NCBI GenBank assembly: GCA_951406725.2
Contig: OX597818.1
Location: 52,142,001 to 52,206,000, forward strand
Length of the DNA stretch: 64,000 bases
Direction: 5' to 3'
Origin: Octopus vulgaris
Lineage: Eukaryota
Positions 39,379-52,734 of the stretch are shown here, piece by piece. Position 1 is the stretch's first letter. The number at the start of each line of letters is the position of its first letter. The position numbers and the translations under genes were made by a program. The notes beneath the pieces were generated by a model. The model was not told the DNA's origin and did not search any database. It worked only from the letters and a program-made list of their open reading frames with translations.

Positions 39379-39754
39379 GTTAGTTCATCTCAATGGCTTT
39401 CTATTTTCTACAGATTCCATGCTTTGATAGAGACTGTTTTATGTGTACGCCCCGCGCATGTGTGAGTCTGTGTTCGATAAAGACACAGACACATATCGCT
39501 CGGTTTTCAGTGCGACAGCAGTGGTCAACAAAGGCTAGCCTACATTGAACAACAATAAGGGCTATGAAGTGATATTATTGGTCGAGACACGATATCAAAT
39601 TGAAGATTTACCAAAAGTGATGGGAGACAGAAATTCTTACTGTGACATGTTAATATGTATCTCGGTTGCGGCTGCTTGAAGAATATATGTGTGTGTATAT
39701 ATTTAAGCACTATAAAATATCTGCACTGAATTTAAGCGCAGAATTATTAATATA

Positions 39755-40032
39755 CCGGCATTCTTTCGGTATAGCTCGACAAAATCAAAACATTTCACTT
39801 CGGGTATTTCTGTGGGTTGTGGAGTATACATATAAACGAAATTATGCCAGCAATGTCTCATTTTAAACTTGAAGAAAAAAATGCCTTGCATATTTGTTCT
39901 TACCTGTTACATGTGTGTATGTAAAATCCGCAAATTTCCAAGCAGAAAACAGAATCGAACTGTCATTTGCTTCCACGGAAATACTCGAAGCGAAATGTTT
40001 TGATTTTGTCGAGTTATATCGAAAGAATGCCA
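39755..40032. repeat. Diverged inverted repeat (old foldback/MITE)
   Basis: GGCATTCTTTCGGTATAGCTCGACAAAATCAAAACATTTC pairs with GAAATGTTTTGATTTTGTCGAGTTATATCGAAAGAATGCC. Confidence 0.75.
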
Positions 40033-40278
40033 ATTTACTATTAAACTCTAGTATATTATTATAGTGGAACAACCACACACACACACGCACTACATATGCA
40101 TACACGGACACACACATACTTCAAACTACCTGTACCTTTCTACTGACCATTCTCCTACGCACATGTGTAGGTAGACACACAACAGGCAGCCACTCCAACC
40201 AAAATTCTTACTATAAAATTCTTCCTATGACCTTAAACGATACTAAGTCCAACCACACACATACATAAACAGCCACAA

Positions 40279-40329
<51 letters not shown>

Positions 40330-40692
40330 CGCGCGCATATACACGTGCTATCATTACACCCCCACCACATGCACACACACAGACCTACGCACACGCACAT
40401 AACCACACATACACACACATACGCCCTTCTCTTGTACTCTCCTGTCTTTGAAAGAACTTTTTCTTCACCCATTCCTTTCCGATCATTTCAATATGTGACT
40501 ACGTGTGTATCGTTGGCGATTTTCTTTCCTCGTCTTTCCTTCTTTGGACTTTCTCTATATTTCTGACGAAGAGCTCCGCTCGAAACGTGGAATCCTCTTT
40601 CTTTTCTTTCCTTTCTTGAGCGTCCAATAACACTGCACTTATTCCATGTCCTCGCGTTGTCTTTTCTTGCTTGTTCATGTTTGGATTGACTA

Positions 40693-40772
<80 letters not shown>

Positions 40773-40782
40773 ATATAGACTA

Positions 40783-41148
40783 CTAGCAGTATCACCCGGC
40801 GTTGCTCAGGTTTGTAAGGGAAATAACTATAAAGCATTTTTAGAGAGTTATAGCCAAAAAATAGCAAAAAAATGGGAAAAAAATGATGGTAAATTTTTTT
40901 GAGAGTTAAAAAAGGTGGAGTTGCGCCCCCTAGACGGTCTGTGGTTTGGGTTTATGATTCTCGACCCCATGTCGAATTTATCGATTTTTTTCAGAACTGG
41001 GGGAACTTTTCAAAATTTTCGCTGCGTTAGTTTTGAATTATGACATTGGGCTATGTGTGTGTCAAGTTTCATCAGAATCGGTTGAAAGCCGTGGTCAGAG
41101 TGAGGGTACGAGAAAACAGACACACAGAAAACGCACAGACAAACTGCC

Positions 41149-41215
<67 letters not shown>
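40783..41215 (-). mobile_element. Non-autonomous Helitron
   Basis: Reverse complement of the hairpin plus CTAG 3' end; the 5' end runs into (TA)n. Confidence 0.75.
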
Positions 41216-41216
<1 letters not shown>

Positions 41217-41402
41217 TATATTCATATATATATAGATTGACTATATATATATACATACATACATATATATATATATATAAACATATATATATAGTGAGAG
41301 AGCGAGATAAATAGATAGGTACATAGATAGATAGAGAGATAAATATCTGTTTGTTGTTTACACACCCGTCTTCGTCTTTTGTTTTTTTTTTGTAAATTCT
41401 CA

Positions 41403-41449
<47 letters not shown>

Positions 41450-41802
41450 TGGGACTGTCACATTAAGTTGACTGTACACAACTACTTTATATATATATAT
41501 ATATACATGCACCCACACATGCATGCATACACACATTATACACACACACACACATACGCGCGACAAGCTTTCTCCCAATTTCCGTGTACCAAATCCACTC
41601 ACAAGGTACTGGTCGGTCCGGAGCTAATAGTAATAGACATTTGTCCAAAGAACCGCACGATTACACTAAACCTGAATCTACGGGATTGCGAATCGAACCT
41701 CTTAAATCACACAGTTATTTCTGCATCAATGTATGTGTAATTCTTTACTATTCAAAATCTCCAAGACTCTAAATTTCTTGTGATTTTTTTTTTCCTTTTC
41801 AG

Positions 41803-42004
41803 ACTATTCCTGTCAACGTAATGTCAACGAAGTGTCTCATGTGAATCAAAGTCACAGTCCTGTCCACGATAATTCGCAACCTGTCACTATAAAGTCTGCC
41901 TATTCGCCAGCTGCTGATTCCAGCCGATCAAATTCCAGCAATCCCAGCATGCAACCCTCCACACAGAATACACTTCCGGTCACACCTGTCAACCATATTT
42001 CCAG
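41803..42004 (+). CDS. RFX4: RFX4-like C-terminal exon (DYSCQRNVNEVSHVNQSHSPVHDNSQPVTIKSAYSP...PVTPVNHIS)
   Basis: Long T-tract plus cag acceptor, AG|gtacaa donor; phase 1 in, phase 2 out; S/P/N-rich; overlaps ORF 41832. Confidence 0.78.
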
Positions 42005-42036
42005 GTACAATTTTGAATCAACCATTTATCTATCTC

Positions 42037-42820
42037 AAGGTGGCGAGTTGGCAGAAACGTTAGCACGCCGGGCAAAATGCGTAGCCGTATTTCGTCTGCC
42101 GCTACGTTCTGAGTTCAAATTCCGCCGAGGTCGACTTTGCCTTTCATCATTTCGGGGTCGATAAATTAAGTACCAGTTACGCACTGGAGTCGATGTAATC
42201 GACTTGATCCGTTTGTCTGTCCTTGTTTGTCCTCTCTGTGTTTAGCCCCTTGTGGGTAGTAAAGAAATAGAAATAGGTATTTCGTCTGCCGCTACGTTCT
42301 GAGTTCAAATTTCGCCGAGGTCGACTTTGCCTTTCATCCTTTCGGGGTCGATTAAATAAGTACCAGTTACGCACTGGGGTCGATATAATCGACTTAATCC
42401 GTTTGTCTGTCCTTGTTTGTCCTCTCTGTGTTTAGCCCCTTGTGGGTAGTAAAGAAATAGAAATAGGTATTTCGTCTGCCGCTACGTTCTGAGTTCAAAT
42501 TCCGCCGAGGTCGACTTTGCCTTTCATCCTTTCGGGGTCGATTAAATAAGTACCAGTTACGCACTGGGGTCGATATAATCGACTTAATCCGTTTGTCTGT
42601 CTTTGTTTGTCCTCTCTGTGTTTAGCCCCTTGTGGGTAGTAAAGAAATAGAAATAGGTATTTCGTCTGCCGCTACGTTCTGAGTTCAAATTCCGCCGAGG
42701 TCGACTTTGCCTTTCATCCTTTCGGGGTCGATAAATTAAGTACCAGTTACGCACTGGGGTCGATGTAACCGACTTAACCCCTTCCCCGATATCGCTGGCC
42801 GAGTGATAAAATTTGAAATC
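42037..42820 (+). mobile_element. SINE family A tetramer: head, three 190-bp units and a terminal tail-B unit
   Basis: Units start at 42087, 42277, 42467 and 42657, each with GTATTTCGTCTGCC; units are nearly identical. Confidence 0.93.
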
Positions 42821-43624
42821 AATACAGTAAGAGAGAGAGGGGGGAGGGGGAGAGAGTGAGTGTTCGTGTGTGTATGTCTTTCGTATAAGGTAGAGAAAGA
42901 GAGAGTGAGAGGGAGGGAGGATGAGTAATGTCGAAGAGGGTTAATTTCTTAGCAAACCAAATACGTGAACAAGTCTCCATTTTTTGAATAGAAAAATATG
43001 ACTTTACATCTATTTATTTTGAAAGCCTTAGTAAATACACGAAAATAAAACTTCAGATCTCTCCACATCGAATTCAATTGCAATAATCCATCGATCGGTT
43101 GCGGGGGAAAAAAAAAACCAGTGGGAAAAATGATCATATTTGATACTTAATTTTAATTATTTCAGAATTCTGAGATGGTATCGGCATAATGAATAGTAGT
43201 TATGAAAGTAAAAGCATATTTTACAGCACGGAACATTAAACACTTAAAATAATGTTTGACAAACATGCTGTGAGAGAAAAGTAGTTTTTAATGACTGGTA
43301 TTTATTTATTAATTTATTTTCGATAATTACCGGAGATAATTTCGGACATATTTTTGATTTATTGAACTTCTTTGGTGGAAACGAGGCTCACTGAAATTTG
43401 TCAAATAGTTTTAATGTTCGTCCATTACATATGGTTTATATCCACGTATCACTCTATTGAATATTTGATCTATTGAAATTTATCAGGTCCTCTCTCCCTT
43501 GTTCGACATTGAGATTAATTCTCATAAAAGTTACTGAATCTGTTTCTCATTACGTTTATAATTTAATTTCAATAGATTAAAAATTATTTTAATTGAAAAT
43601 TATTTTAATAGATCAAAAATTATT

Positions 43625-44052
43625 GGATCTTTTCGGTTTGAACCCGGCAGTTTTTTCTAGCGGTGTCATATGAAATTGTCACCCATAATTATGACACTAG
43701 TATCGATCTATTGCATTTCAATCTGTTTTAGGGTTACGGTTAGTTAGGGTTAGGAGTGGAGGAAAAGGTTTCTTTTTTTCCTTCACAAATGTAAATAAAC
43801 CCAATCTGTTTCTTAAACGAGCGACATATTCATACGGCACAGAATGTTTTCACCTCAATAGATGTCATTGATTGGTTGAAATTGCAGAAATTGAAGAAAA
43901 AAAAACAACAAATATCTTACAAACTATAGAATTTTCTCAAAGCCAAGAGAAAAAGATGTTTTATAAACACATTCTACCAGTATACGAAGTTTAAAAGTGT
44001 TTAGTTACGTGGAAATTATTTTAAAAAACTGCCGTTCAAACAGAAAAGATCC
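43625..44052. mobile_element. MITE with GGATC termini, related to 14884-15261, with an internal TTAGGG-like stretch
   Basis: TIRs GGATCTTTTCGGTTTGAAC / GTTCAAACAGAAAAGATCC; flanks AAATTATT / AAATTATA. Confidence 0.8.
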
Positions 44053-44381
44053 AAATTATATTCTGCTCAATATATTCAATCGTTTTGTAATTTTTCTATT
44101 CTGCTCTTCAATATATTTTGGTATATTTACTTAGCCAGTCGTTCGTTAAGACTTCGGTAGATTGTCACGATATAACACTTTCGTTTATGAATATCAGAAT
44201 TTACTCTGGTACGCTAATACCTGTCATCCTTTCGAGGTCGATAAAATAAGTACCAGTTGAGCCCCGGGGGTCGATGTAATTGACTTAACATCCCCGCCCC
44301 CACCCGAATTTGTTGGCCTTGCGCCAAAATTTGAATCTAATATTAATGGTGGATATTTTTTTCTCTTTATTCTTCATACAG

Positions 44382-44511
44382 TTGCAGTCCTACGTATCAG
44401 CAATGTCAGTCGTATCACATGGCCTACGGACAGACATTAACCAATCAGCATCCAGTAAACATGGACACGCAAAACTCACATTCTATGTACAGCTACGATG
44501 TTTCATCACAG
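44382..44511 (+). CDS. RFX4: RFX4-like C-terminal exon (SCSPTYQQCQSYHMAYGQTLTNQHPVNMDTQNSHSMYSYDVSSQ)
   Basis: Polypyrimidine tract plus cag acceptor, consensus CAG|gtgagt donor; phase 2 in, phase 0 out. Confidence 0.78.
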
Positions 44512-44880
44512 GTGAGTACGAGAGAATTGGCAAACACATTCGTTATCTGCAGAGATTTTTATCTTTCACCTTTTACTTGCTTCAGTCATTAGAAAGCGGT
44601 CATGCTGGGGCACTACCTTGAAGAATTATCCGTCTGGTACTTATTCTATCGGTCTCTTTTGCCGAACAGCTAAGTTACGGCTACATAGACACACCAACAC
44701 TGGTTGTGAAGCGACGGTGGAGGATAAATACAGATACATATATATATATATATACACACAAGAAAAAAGCAACAAGAATGGATTAGGTGTTCAGTACAAT
44801 TGTTTCATACGAAGAACAGCTTTATTAAAAGTTGCAAATATTGCAGCAAATACAAATGTCCCGTATTCATCAGCCAAAAC

Positions 44881-44913
<33 letters not shown>

Positions 44914-45058
44914 AAGTATGGGGGTTAAGTTCACAAGTGATCTAAGCGATTAGATAGGCTAGGTAAGTGGTGTAACGGATTACTAGGGCTCCAAGGTTAT
45001 AGCCGAGACGGTAGTTATGGAGCCATTGCAGATTTCCGAGGCAGCGGATATATATATA

Positions 45059-45450
45059 CTAGCGGTATCGCCCGGCGTTGCTCGGGTTTGTTTCAACCCT
45101 TTAGAATTGGAATTTTTGAAAAGTAAAAAGCTTGCATTATGTAGCTTGTTATTCTCTTTAAGTGAACCTTTTTCTGGTTGAAATACACCGAAAAATGGCG
45201 ACATAGCAGTCAAAAAATCGTAAAAAATAGGGATTTTCATAGAAAAAAAACCCACCTTTTTGATGTAAATAATTTTTGGTGTTAACATGGCCCGATTTGA
45301 ATTTTTTCTGCTATGAAAGAAAGAGCAAGCCTTCTTCTATCATACCCTCAATTTTGGTCAACTTGCGCCGCAGGGTCTCGGAGGAGATAGTGTTAGTTGA
45401 AGGCTACCAAACCTGCCATACACAGACAACTTCAGCTTTATATATATATA
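45059..45450 (-). mobile_element. Non-autonomous Helitron inserted in the internal microsatellite of a SINE B
   Basis: Hairpin plus CTAG end; inverted homolog of 53473-53862. Confidence 0.82.
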
Positions 45451-45848
45451 TATATATACGACGGGCTTCTTTCAGTTTCCATCTACCAAATCCACTCACA
45501 AGGCTTTGGTTGGCCCAAGGCTATAGTAAAAGACACTTGCTCAAGGTGCCACGCAGTGACAATGAATCTGGAACAATGTGGTTGGTAAGCGTACTTGTTA
45601 TCACACCGTTACGCCTACTGAGGCACAAATTGAAAATTCCGGGTTGTTGGTTAACCGAAGGTGAGCCCCGATAGACCAGCAAACTTCCGAACAAAGGTAT
45701 TACAGACGTGACCATCCTGACAGCACCGAAACTGAATACGGTCCCACCATCGATTATAAAGCCTGCCTGTCCTTAGTTACAATTTATAAGCCTCTACATT
45801 CTTTTAGAGCGAGGATATAGACAGATACCCAAACACACACACACACAC

Positions 45849-45879
<31 letters not shown>

Positions 45880-46860
45880 TGTACACACACACACACACAC
45901 ACACATGCACACACACATGCATACAAACATGTAGCAAGAGCCAATGAAGAGAATATATGAGGTCACCTGACTTGCTAGAAATCTCAGCCAAGCTTGCCAG
46001 AAATCACACACTGCTGTCTTGTGAATGGAAGGAATTCATCGGATAATACAAGCATGAATACATTTTGTCTGAACAAAGACAGTTTAGCTGCAGCTGGAGC
46101 GTATTTGAGCAGTGGTTTAAGCGATTAAAGTTAATCTGGGGCTAAGCTGCAACAGGTGCCACGTTCACCCGCTCAACAAGATATATACATGTGATTTAAT
46201 CCTCATCAATGAGTTTGTTGGTTGATACTTTTTATTAAAAATTATTCAAAATTGAATTAGCATCTTTTAACGTCCACTTTTCCATGTTTGCATGGATCAG
46301 ACGCAATTTGTTGAGGCAGATTTTCTGTAGCCAGTTGTTCTTCCCTTCACGCAATTCAAAGCATAATATTTCCTTCAGGTGCGACATGTTTCTATACAGG
46401 ACTGGAAACGACACCGCTTATATGAAGGTGATGCTCGTTTACAGCAATCACTTGATGTCAAACCAAGGGTACACACACGCACGTGTGTGTGTGTGTGTGT
46501 GTGTGTCTGTGTGTGTACAGGTACAAACGACGGGCTTCTTTTAGATTCCGTCTACCAAATTTTTAGCCGACTCGTGACTACGGTAGAGGTCACTTGAGTC
46601 TTCAAAGATAGTTGCTCGCATAACTTCCAGGTTTCTTTCAGTTTCCGTCTAACAAATCCATTCACAAGACTTTGATCAGCCTGAAGCCATAATAGAAGAC
46701 ACTTGCCCAAGGTGCCACGCAGTGGAACTGAACCCGGAACCATGTGGTTGGGAAGCAAGCTTCTTACCACACAACCACACGTGCACCTATGATATATATA
46801 TATATGTATACACACATATATAGATAATTGATGTTTTCGTTTTCTCTTTAATATTTTTAG

Positions 46861-47066
46861 TACCCACGACACTACTTGTCAGCGGCAGCAGCCTCAGTGG
46901 CGCCACCAACAGAACCCATCAAAACCAACGTGACGTCATTGACGCCAACAAATCGTCAGAATGTGCTGAGCAGCGGAGCAGCTGCAGAATGGCCTGCGGA
47001 CTCAACGGCCACTGGTTCAAATAGATACAACACTCCAGTGATGACTCATGAAAGTGTTTTACGCAA
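46861..47066 (+). CDS. RFX4: RFX4-like C-terminal exon (YPRHYLSAAAASVAPPTEPIKTNVTS...VMTHESVLR)
   Basis: tttttag acceptor, AA|gtatgt donor; phase 0 in, phase 2 out; GC-rich, coding-like; overlaps ORF 46876. Confidence 0.78.
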
Positions 47067-47468
47067 GTATGTGTATAAAATTTCCTATACTCTTTTACTC
47101 TTTTACTTGTTTCAGTCATTTGACTGCGGCCATGCTGAAGCATCGCCTTTAATCGAGCAAATCGACCCCAGGACTTATTCTTTGTAAGCCTAGTACTTAT
47201 TCTATCGGTCTCTTTTGCCGACTCGCTAGGTTTCAATTCTTTAGCCAGGTTGCTGAGCATCTGTCAAAGCACCAATCACAGGCCAGATTGCAAAATAGAA
47301 AGCTGTGATTCGTCGTCTCTCTCTCCATTGCACCAATCACAGCCCGTCTTAAGTTCAAATATCCCTGTATATGCTTTTTTGCTATTTTACGCTTGTTTTG
47401 TTGTTCCTAGACTAGGAAATAATATTTATTATTAATATTTTAATGGATTTAATGAAAAATTCTCGGTG

Positions 47469-47507
<39 letters not shown>

Positions 47508-48205
47508 TCCGCGAAGTCGTGAATCCGCGATAGTTGAACCGCGAAGTAGCGAGGGATCGCTGTATTACAGATTCTGCAATGGAGGACATAGGCTCTCGGT
47601 CGGTTCAAACTGCAATGTTTTTCAGTCCTTGCTTCCCAACCACATGGTTCCGGGTTAAATCCTACTTCATTAGGTGCCTTGAGCCTGAAACCAAATGGTT
47701 CCAAACCGCGATTCTTAACCACATATGATTTCTATTACTTAATTAATTAATTAAATAGGGAGCACTCCGTCGGTTACGACGACGAGGGTCCCAGCTGATA
47801 CGATCAACGAAACAGTTTGCTCGTGAAATTAAAGTCCAAGTGGCTGAGCACTCTACAGACATGCATACCCTTAACGTAGTTCTCAGGGAGATTCAGCATG
47901 ACACAGGGTGTGGCATGGCCGGCCCTTTGAACTACAGGTACAACTCATTTTTACCAGCTGAGTAGACTGGAGCAACGTGAAATAAAGTGTCTTGCTCAAG
48001 GACACAAAGCGTCGCCAGGAATTGAACGCATGACCTTACAGTCGTGAGCCGAATGCCCTAACCACTAGGCCACGCGCCTTCACAAATAATTAGTTGATTA
48101 ATTTGCCTTTCCAAATGTTAATTCGATTCCATTTTGTTACTGATTGCTAAATGTTTTTTGGGAGTGGTCAGCTGCTAATCGTCCTGATTTCCTTTCGTCC
48201 CGCAG

Positions 48206-48410
48206 TAACGACAACACCAGTTACACAGCCTATCAGACGATGAGAACACCATCGGCCACCTACGATTACTCCACATACACCTATCCAGATAATTACAGTC
48301 GGGCGGCTGCTGTCACCGTGGTTCCAAACACGACCCCCACCCCCGACGCCGTCTCTCCGCACGTCTATCATCCGCACCATCACCAGCATCACCAACAACA
48401 TCACCAACAA

Positions 48411-48441
<31 letters not shown>

Positions 48442-48761
48442 CTACAAGTTACGATGGCAACGCGCATATGAACAGCAGCAGCAGCGGCACTCACAATAAC
48501 GCCAACAGCAGCAACAGCAACAGCAGAAGCAGCAGCAGCAACAGTAACATCAGCAACCACAGCGGCAGCAACAACAACAACACGAGCAACACCAACGCCA
48601 ACACCACCAACAGCAGCTATTACGATGATAGCAGCCGAGTCGATTACTGCGGCACAACAAAGCGGAAGTACGATTCACACCAGGACACATTTTCCCGCCA
48701 CTACAAACGCTACAACCGTGAACAATATCCTTATCAAGTAACTTCCGGTGGTTACATGTAA
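48206..48761 (+). CDS. RFX4: RFX4-like last coding exon (Y/S/T-rich, poly-H/Q, N/S-rich; ends ...YPYQVTSGGYM*)
   Basis: cctttcgtcccgcag acceptor, phase-2 entry matches the previous donor, TAA at 48759-48761; part of ORF 48144. Confidence 0.82.
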
Positions 48762-48939
48762 GACACGTCTCGATTCTGGCGCCAAAAGGTGTTTTGTCTT
48801 ATCTAATCTCGACTCTAGAATTTCGATTTCTACATCGAGAACGGTCCGTCCACAGAAGTCATTTATTATCCATGCTTGAATAGGGAAGTGAAACTGCAGT
48901 TTGCACTTGTGTTTGATGTATATATCACTGCATTGTACG

Positions 48940-50830
<1,891 letters not shown>

Positions 50831-51326
50831 TCGATTCAATGTGTAGAGCGATGTAAAAATACTCTGTACCTACATAGACAATACCTGGTTCATTACCCTG
50901 AAAAAAACTGAATTAGAATTTCACCTCTTGAGCGGTTAATTGTAATATATTACTCATATAAATAGTGAAAAACAAAAATGAACTAATGAACGTAAAATAT
51001 AATAACTACCCATGAGTAGGAGTAAAAAAAAAAATTATAATTTCAAGAAAAGATAACGAGAACACAATGTTTAAAGGCTGTGACTGTCTCAGTCAATTTT
51101 CCCCACTCCCGTACTTTTTTTTTTTTTTTTCTGTTTTCGTTTATAAGAACGTTAGAGTTGCACGCTCTGTTTGTTTCAGGAAAAAAAGAGAAAAAAATTC
51201 AATATTTTACAGTTGGTTTGGTCTTTATCTATTACCCGTTCGTAAGAATTGGTATCTTACCGTTGGGATGGATTGAAATCTATTCATTGGTCAATGTTGT
51301 ATTAAAATTTGTGGTACCTGAGTGGT

Positions 51327-51332
51327 AATAAA
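51327..51332 (+). terminator. Candidate polyadenylation signal of the RFX4-like gene (alternatives at 49573 and 49582)
   Basis: AATAAA followed by T- and GT-rich sequence; AATAAA is common in AT-rich DNA, so support is weak. Confidence 0.25.
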
Positions 51333-51498
51333 ATCGTTTGTTACTTTTATTGTGAATATATAATGTGTCTATGTGCGTGTGTATGTGTATGAGTGTGTGT
51401 ATGTGTGTGAGAGTGCGTGCGTGAGTAGACGGGCTGATTCAAGTCCTTTGGGTAAAATTGAGTAAACATGCATTATGGAAAACCTTTGGGTGGGTACA

Positions 51499-51894
51499 TC
51501 TTTATATATAAAAGTGAAGTTGTGTGTCTGTCTCCTACGATTTAGATTCCTAACTACTCCCACATTTTGCGGTGCAGTTTAACCAAAACCGGGTATCTTA
51601 TAGTCGTGATTCATATCGAGCCCTTCTGGGTATTAGCGCGCGTCTACGATGAGTCTACGATTTTAAAAATAATTTACCATCATTTTTTTCCATTTTAATT
51701 CATTTTTTCGCTATTATATAAGGGAAGTAACTCTCTAAAAATGTCTACGATGGGTCAACGATTTAAAAAAAAATTTACCATCATTTTTTTCCCATTTTTA
51801 ATGCATTTTTTGCTATTTTTTGCCTATAACTCTCTAAAAATGCTTTATAGTTATTTCCCTTACAAACCCGAGCAACGCCGGGCGATACTGCTAG
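51499..51894 (+). mobile_element. Non-autonomous Helitron
   Basis: A|TC ... hairpin, CTAG|T; close to 5994-6293 with a short internal duplication. Confidence 0.9.
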
Positions 51895-51984
51895 TTATAT
51901 CTATAATTCAACTGACTCCTCGATGCACATACATACATACATACATACATACATACATACATACATACATACATACATACATAC

Positions 51985-52640
51985 ATGATGGCTGCCCCCT
52001 CGTTATCGAGTATGGCCATTGCACAAAGCTTAACTGTTATTGGTGCTGTGATCGAATGTGACTTATTAGCCTAGCTAAAGATCTACAATGTCTTGTACAG
52101 AATTGGCAGCTAATTCCTTTACCGGTAATAGCCGGCTGTAGTTGTAACTGGGCTTTATGTAACTTTGCACGTCGTTTAAGTCCTCCTGCCGAATTACACT
52201 CCCTTTTACATACCTGACAGATATGATTAGTATGGTGTGTTACACCACCACCAGTGGCCAAGTTGTCACTCATCTGTCTCGCTTTATGACTACGAAGATG
52301 ACTCTTGAGTCCAGCTTTACTGAAGCAGGGTCTTGCACAGACACTGCATGTCAGCATCATAGGAAGACCCTTACCATCTGGAAATGCAACAGTGATGCCC
52401 TTCCTGACATCCCTCCTTACTTTCTCATGCGCAACTCGAGATTTCTCAAAAGAAGCTGTCCCCTCGTGCACAATCCTTCTCCACCTGCTACGGTCAATAG
52501 CTATGCCCTCCCATGTGTCAGGGGAGATGCAAGCATCTTTTAAGGAAGCCTTCGGCAAGTTCTTATACCTCTTTTTTGGTTTATGCGGAGGTCGTTCTCC
52601 TTTGCTAACTCTCCATAAAAGAGTTATGGGGAGTTAGTTA
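51985..52640 (-). mobile_element. RTE-clade LINE 3' fragment with three C2H2-type zinc fingers
   Basis: G.RP...PKKRYK..LK and W...A.DRSRWR motifs typical of RTE ORF C-termini; CxxC...H...H repeats; stop, short UTR and (TGTA)n; flanked by (TACA)n. Confidence 0.8.
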
Positions 52641-52734
52641 AAACGTACATACATACATACATACATACATACATACATACATGCATACATATTTACATAA
52701 GCTGAATAAATTCAAATTATGCAGTAAAAGCAGT

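Noticed and set aside
42087-42276. Hammerhead ribozyme within the SINE A unit (classical retrozyme)
   Set aside because: I found no CTGANGA...GAAA core with suitable stems on either strand; other ribozyme classes could not be excluded by eye.
42087-42780. CRISPR-like or satellite array
   Set aside because: Units are 190-bp SINE bodies with no unique spacers and no cas genes; eukaryotic context.
47062-47068. Non-canonical GC donor (C|gcaagt)
   Set aside because: The canonical AA|gtatgt donor four bases later gives the phase needed for the last exon.
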